Shown here piece after piece: positions 11,436 through 11,645 of a stretch of DNA of 11,645 nt. Within the stretch, counting starts at the first letter, position 1, and every line of letters starts with the position of its first letter. A program made the position numbers and the translations under genes. The notes under the pieces were generated by a model. It searched no databases and was not told the origin of the DNA. It was given only the letters and a program-made list of their open reading frames with translations. The stretch spans positions 1 through 11,645 of the IMG/VR virus record IMGVR_UViG_3300013103_000848; one strand, given 5' to 3'. This stretch comes from a virus.

Positions 11436-11597
11436 ATGGCGGCTGGAGATGTGACTGTTCAGATTGTGGAAAATGCAACTGCGAGTTCAGTGGATACTGC
11501 TATCACAGCAATGAGAAACGGTGCTAATGATAAATGGTTAATGACTTCTATAAATAATGGACAGGATGTTTTGATTGTAAATATTGAGGAAGCATAA
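11436..11597 (+). CDS. 53-aa protein homologous to both termini of the LamG protein (candidate anchor module)
   Basis: It starts directly after the upstream stop, with GGGGTG 9 nt upstream. Translation: MAAGDVTVQIVENATASSVDTAITAMRNGANDKWLMTSINNGQDVLIVNIEEA. See the finding on the nested LamG insertion. Confidence 0.6.
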   Translation: MAAGDVTVQIVENATASSVDTAITAMRNGANDKWLMTSINNGQDVLIVNIEEA

Positions 11598-11645
11598 AAT
11601 GGCTCAGGGAGATGTTACCTGTAATCTAACAAATGCTTTACCTAA
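11541..11645. repeat. Terminal direct repeat copy 2 (exact duplicate of 1..105)
   Basis: Base-by-base identity with 1-105. Confidence 0.95.
11599..11645 (+). CDS. 5' end of the LamG gene (duplicate of 59..105, truncated by the window end)
   Basis: It lies within terminal repeat copy 2 and is identical to 59-105. Confidence 0.8.
   Translation, partial: MAQGDVTCNLTNALP

Noticed and set aside
1-11645. An alternative genetic code (stop-codon reassignment)
   Set aside because: With the standard code, the + strand is almost completely filled with abutting or overlapping ORFs that end in TAA or TGA, and the minus-strand gene ends in TAG. No gene with recognisable domains is interrupted by an in-frame stop.

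Overview
The window overlaps itself: nt 1-105 are identical to nt 11541-11645. The unique sequence is therefore 11,540 bp, most simply a complete circular or circularly permuted genome. It is AT-rich (judged by eye, not computed) and all genes but one lie on the + strand. The recognisable core is an HK97-lineage (Caudoviricetes-type) head and packaging module. It comprises a large terminase (4049-5359), a gp6-like adaptor candidate (5438-5803), a staphylococcal-nuclease homolog (5793-6221) and a portal (6647-7741). It continues with an unusual basic/hydrophobic/coiled-coil protein (7738-8910), a scaffold-like protein (9180-9521), a DUF2190-like decoration protein (9748-10158) and a major capsid protein (10158-11024). 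A LamG/ConA-like lectin protein (59-838) follows. A cluster of very small genes (1225-2882) encodes RHH-like and zinc-ribbon proteins, and a single divergent RHH plus zinc-ribbon regulator lies at 2860-3147 (-). A 901-bp gene-free region (3148-4048) holds (AT)n tracts, several perfect hairpins and a sharply C-rich, G-quadruplex-capable island. I could not recognise any replication initiator, polymerase, primase, helicase, integrase, prohead protease, or tail tube/sheath/tape-measure/nozzle gene. Four transcription-unit starts each carry an AGAAA-type purine stretch plus TTTA[AT]ATA box 19-24 nt upstream of an ATG, and internal genes carry GGAGG-type Shine-Dalgarno sites. This is the pattern of archaeal BRE/TATA promoters with leaderless first cistrons. 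My main hypothesis is a minimal archaeal head-module virus, or a capsid-forming satellite-like element. All functional calls come from motif reading by eye; no database search was possible.
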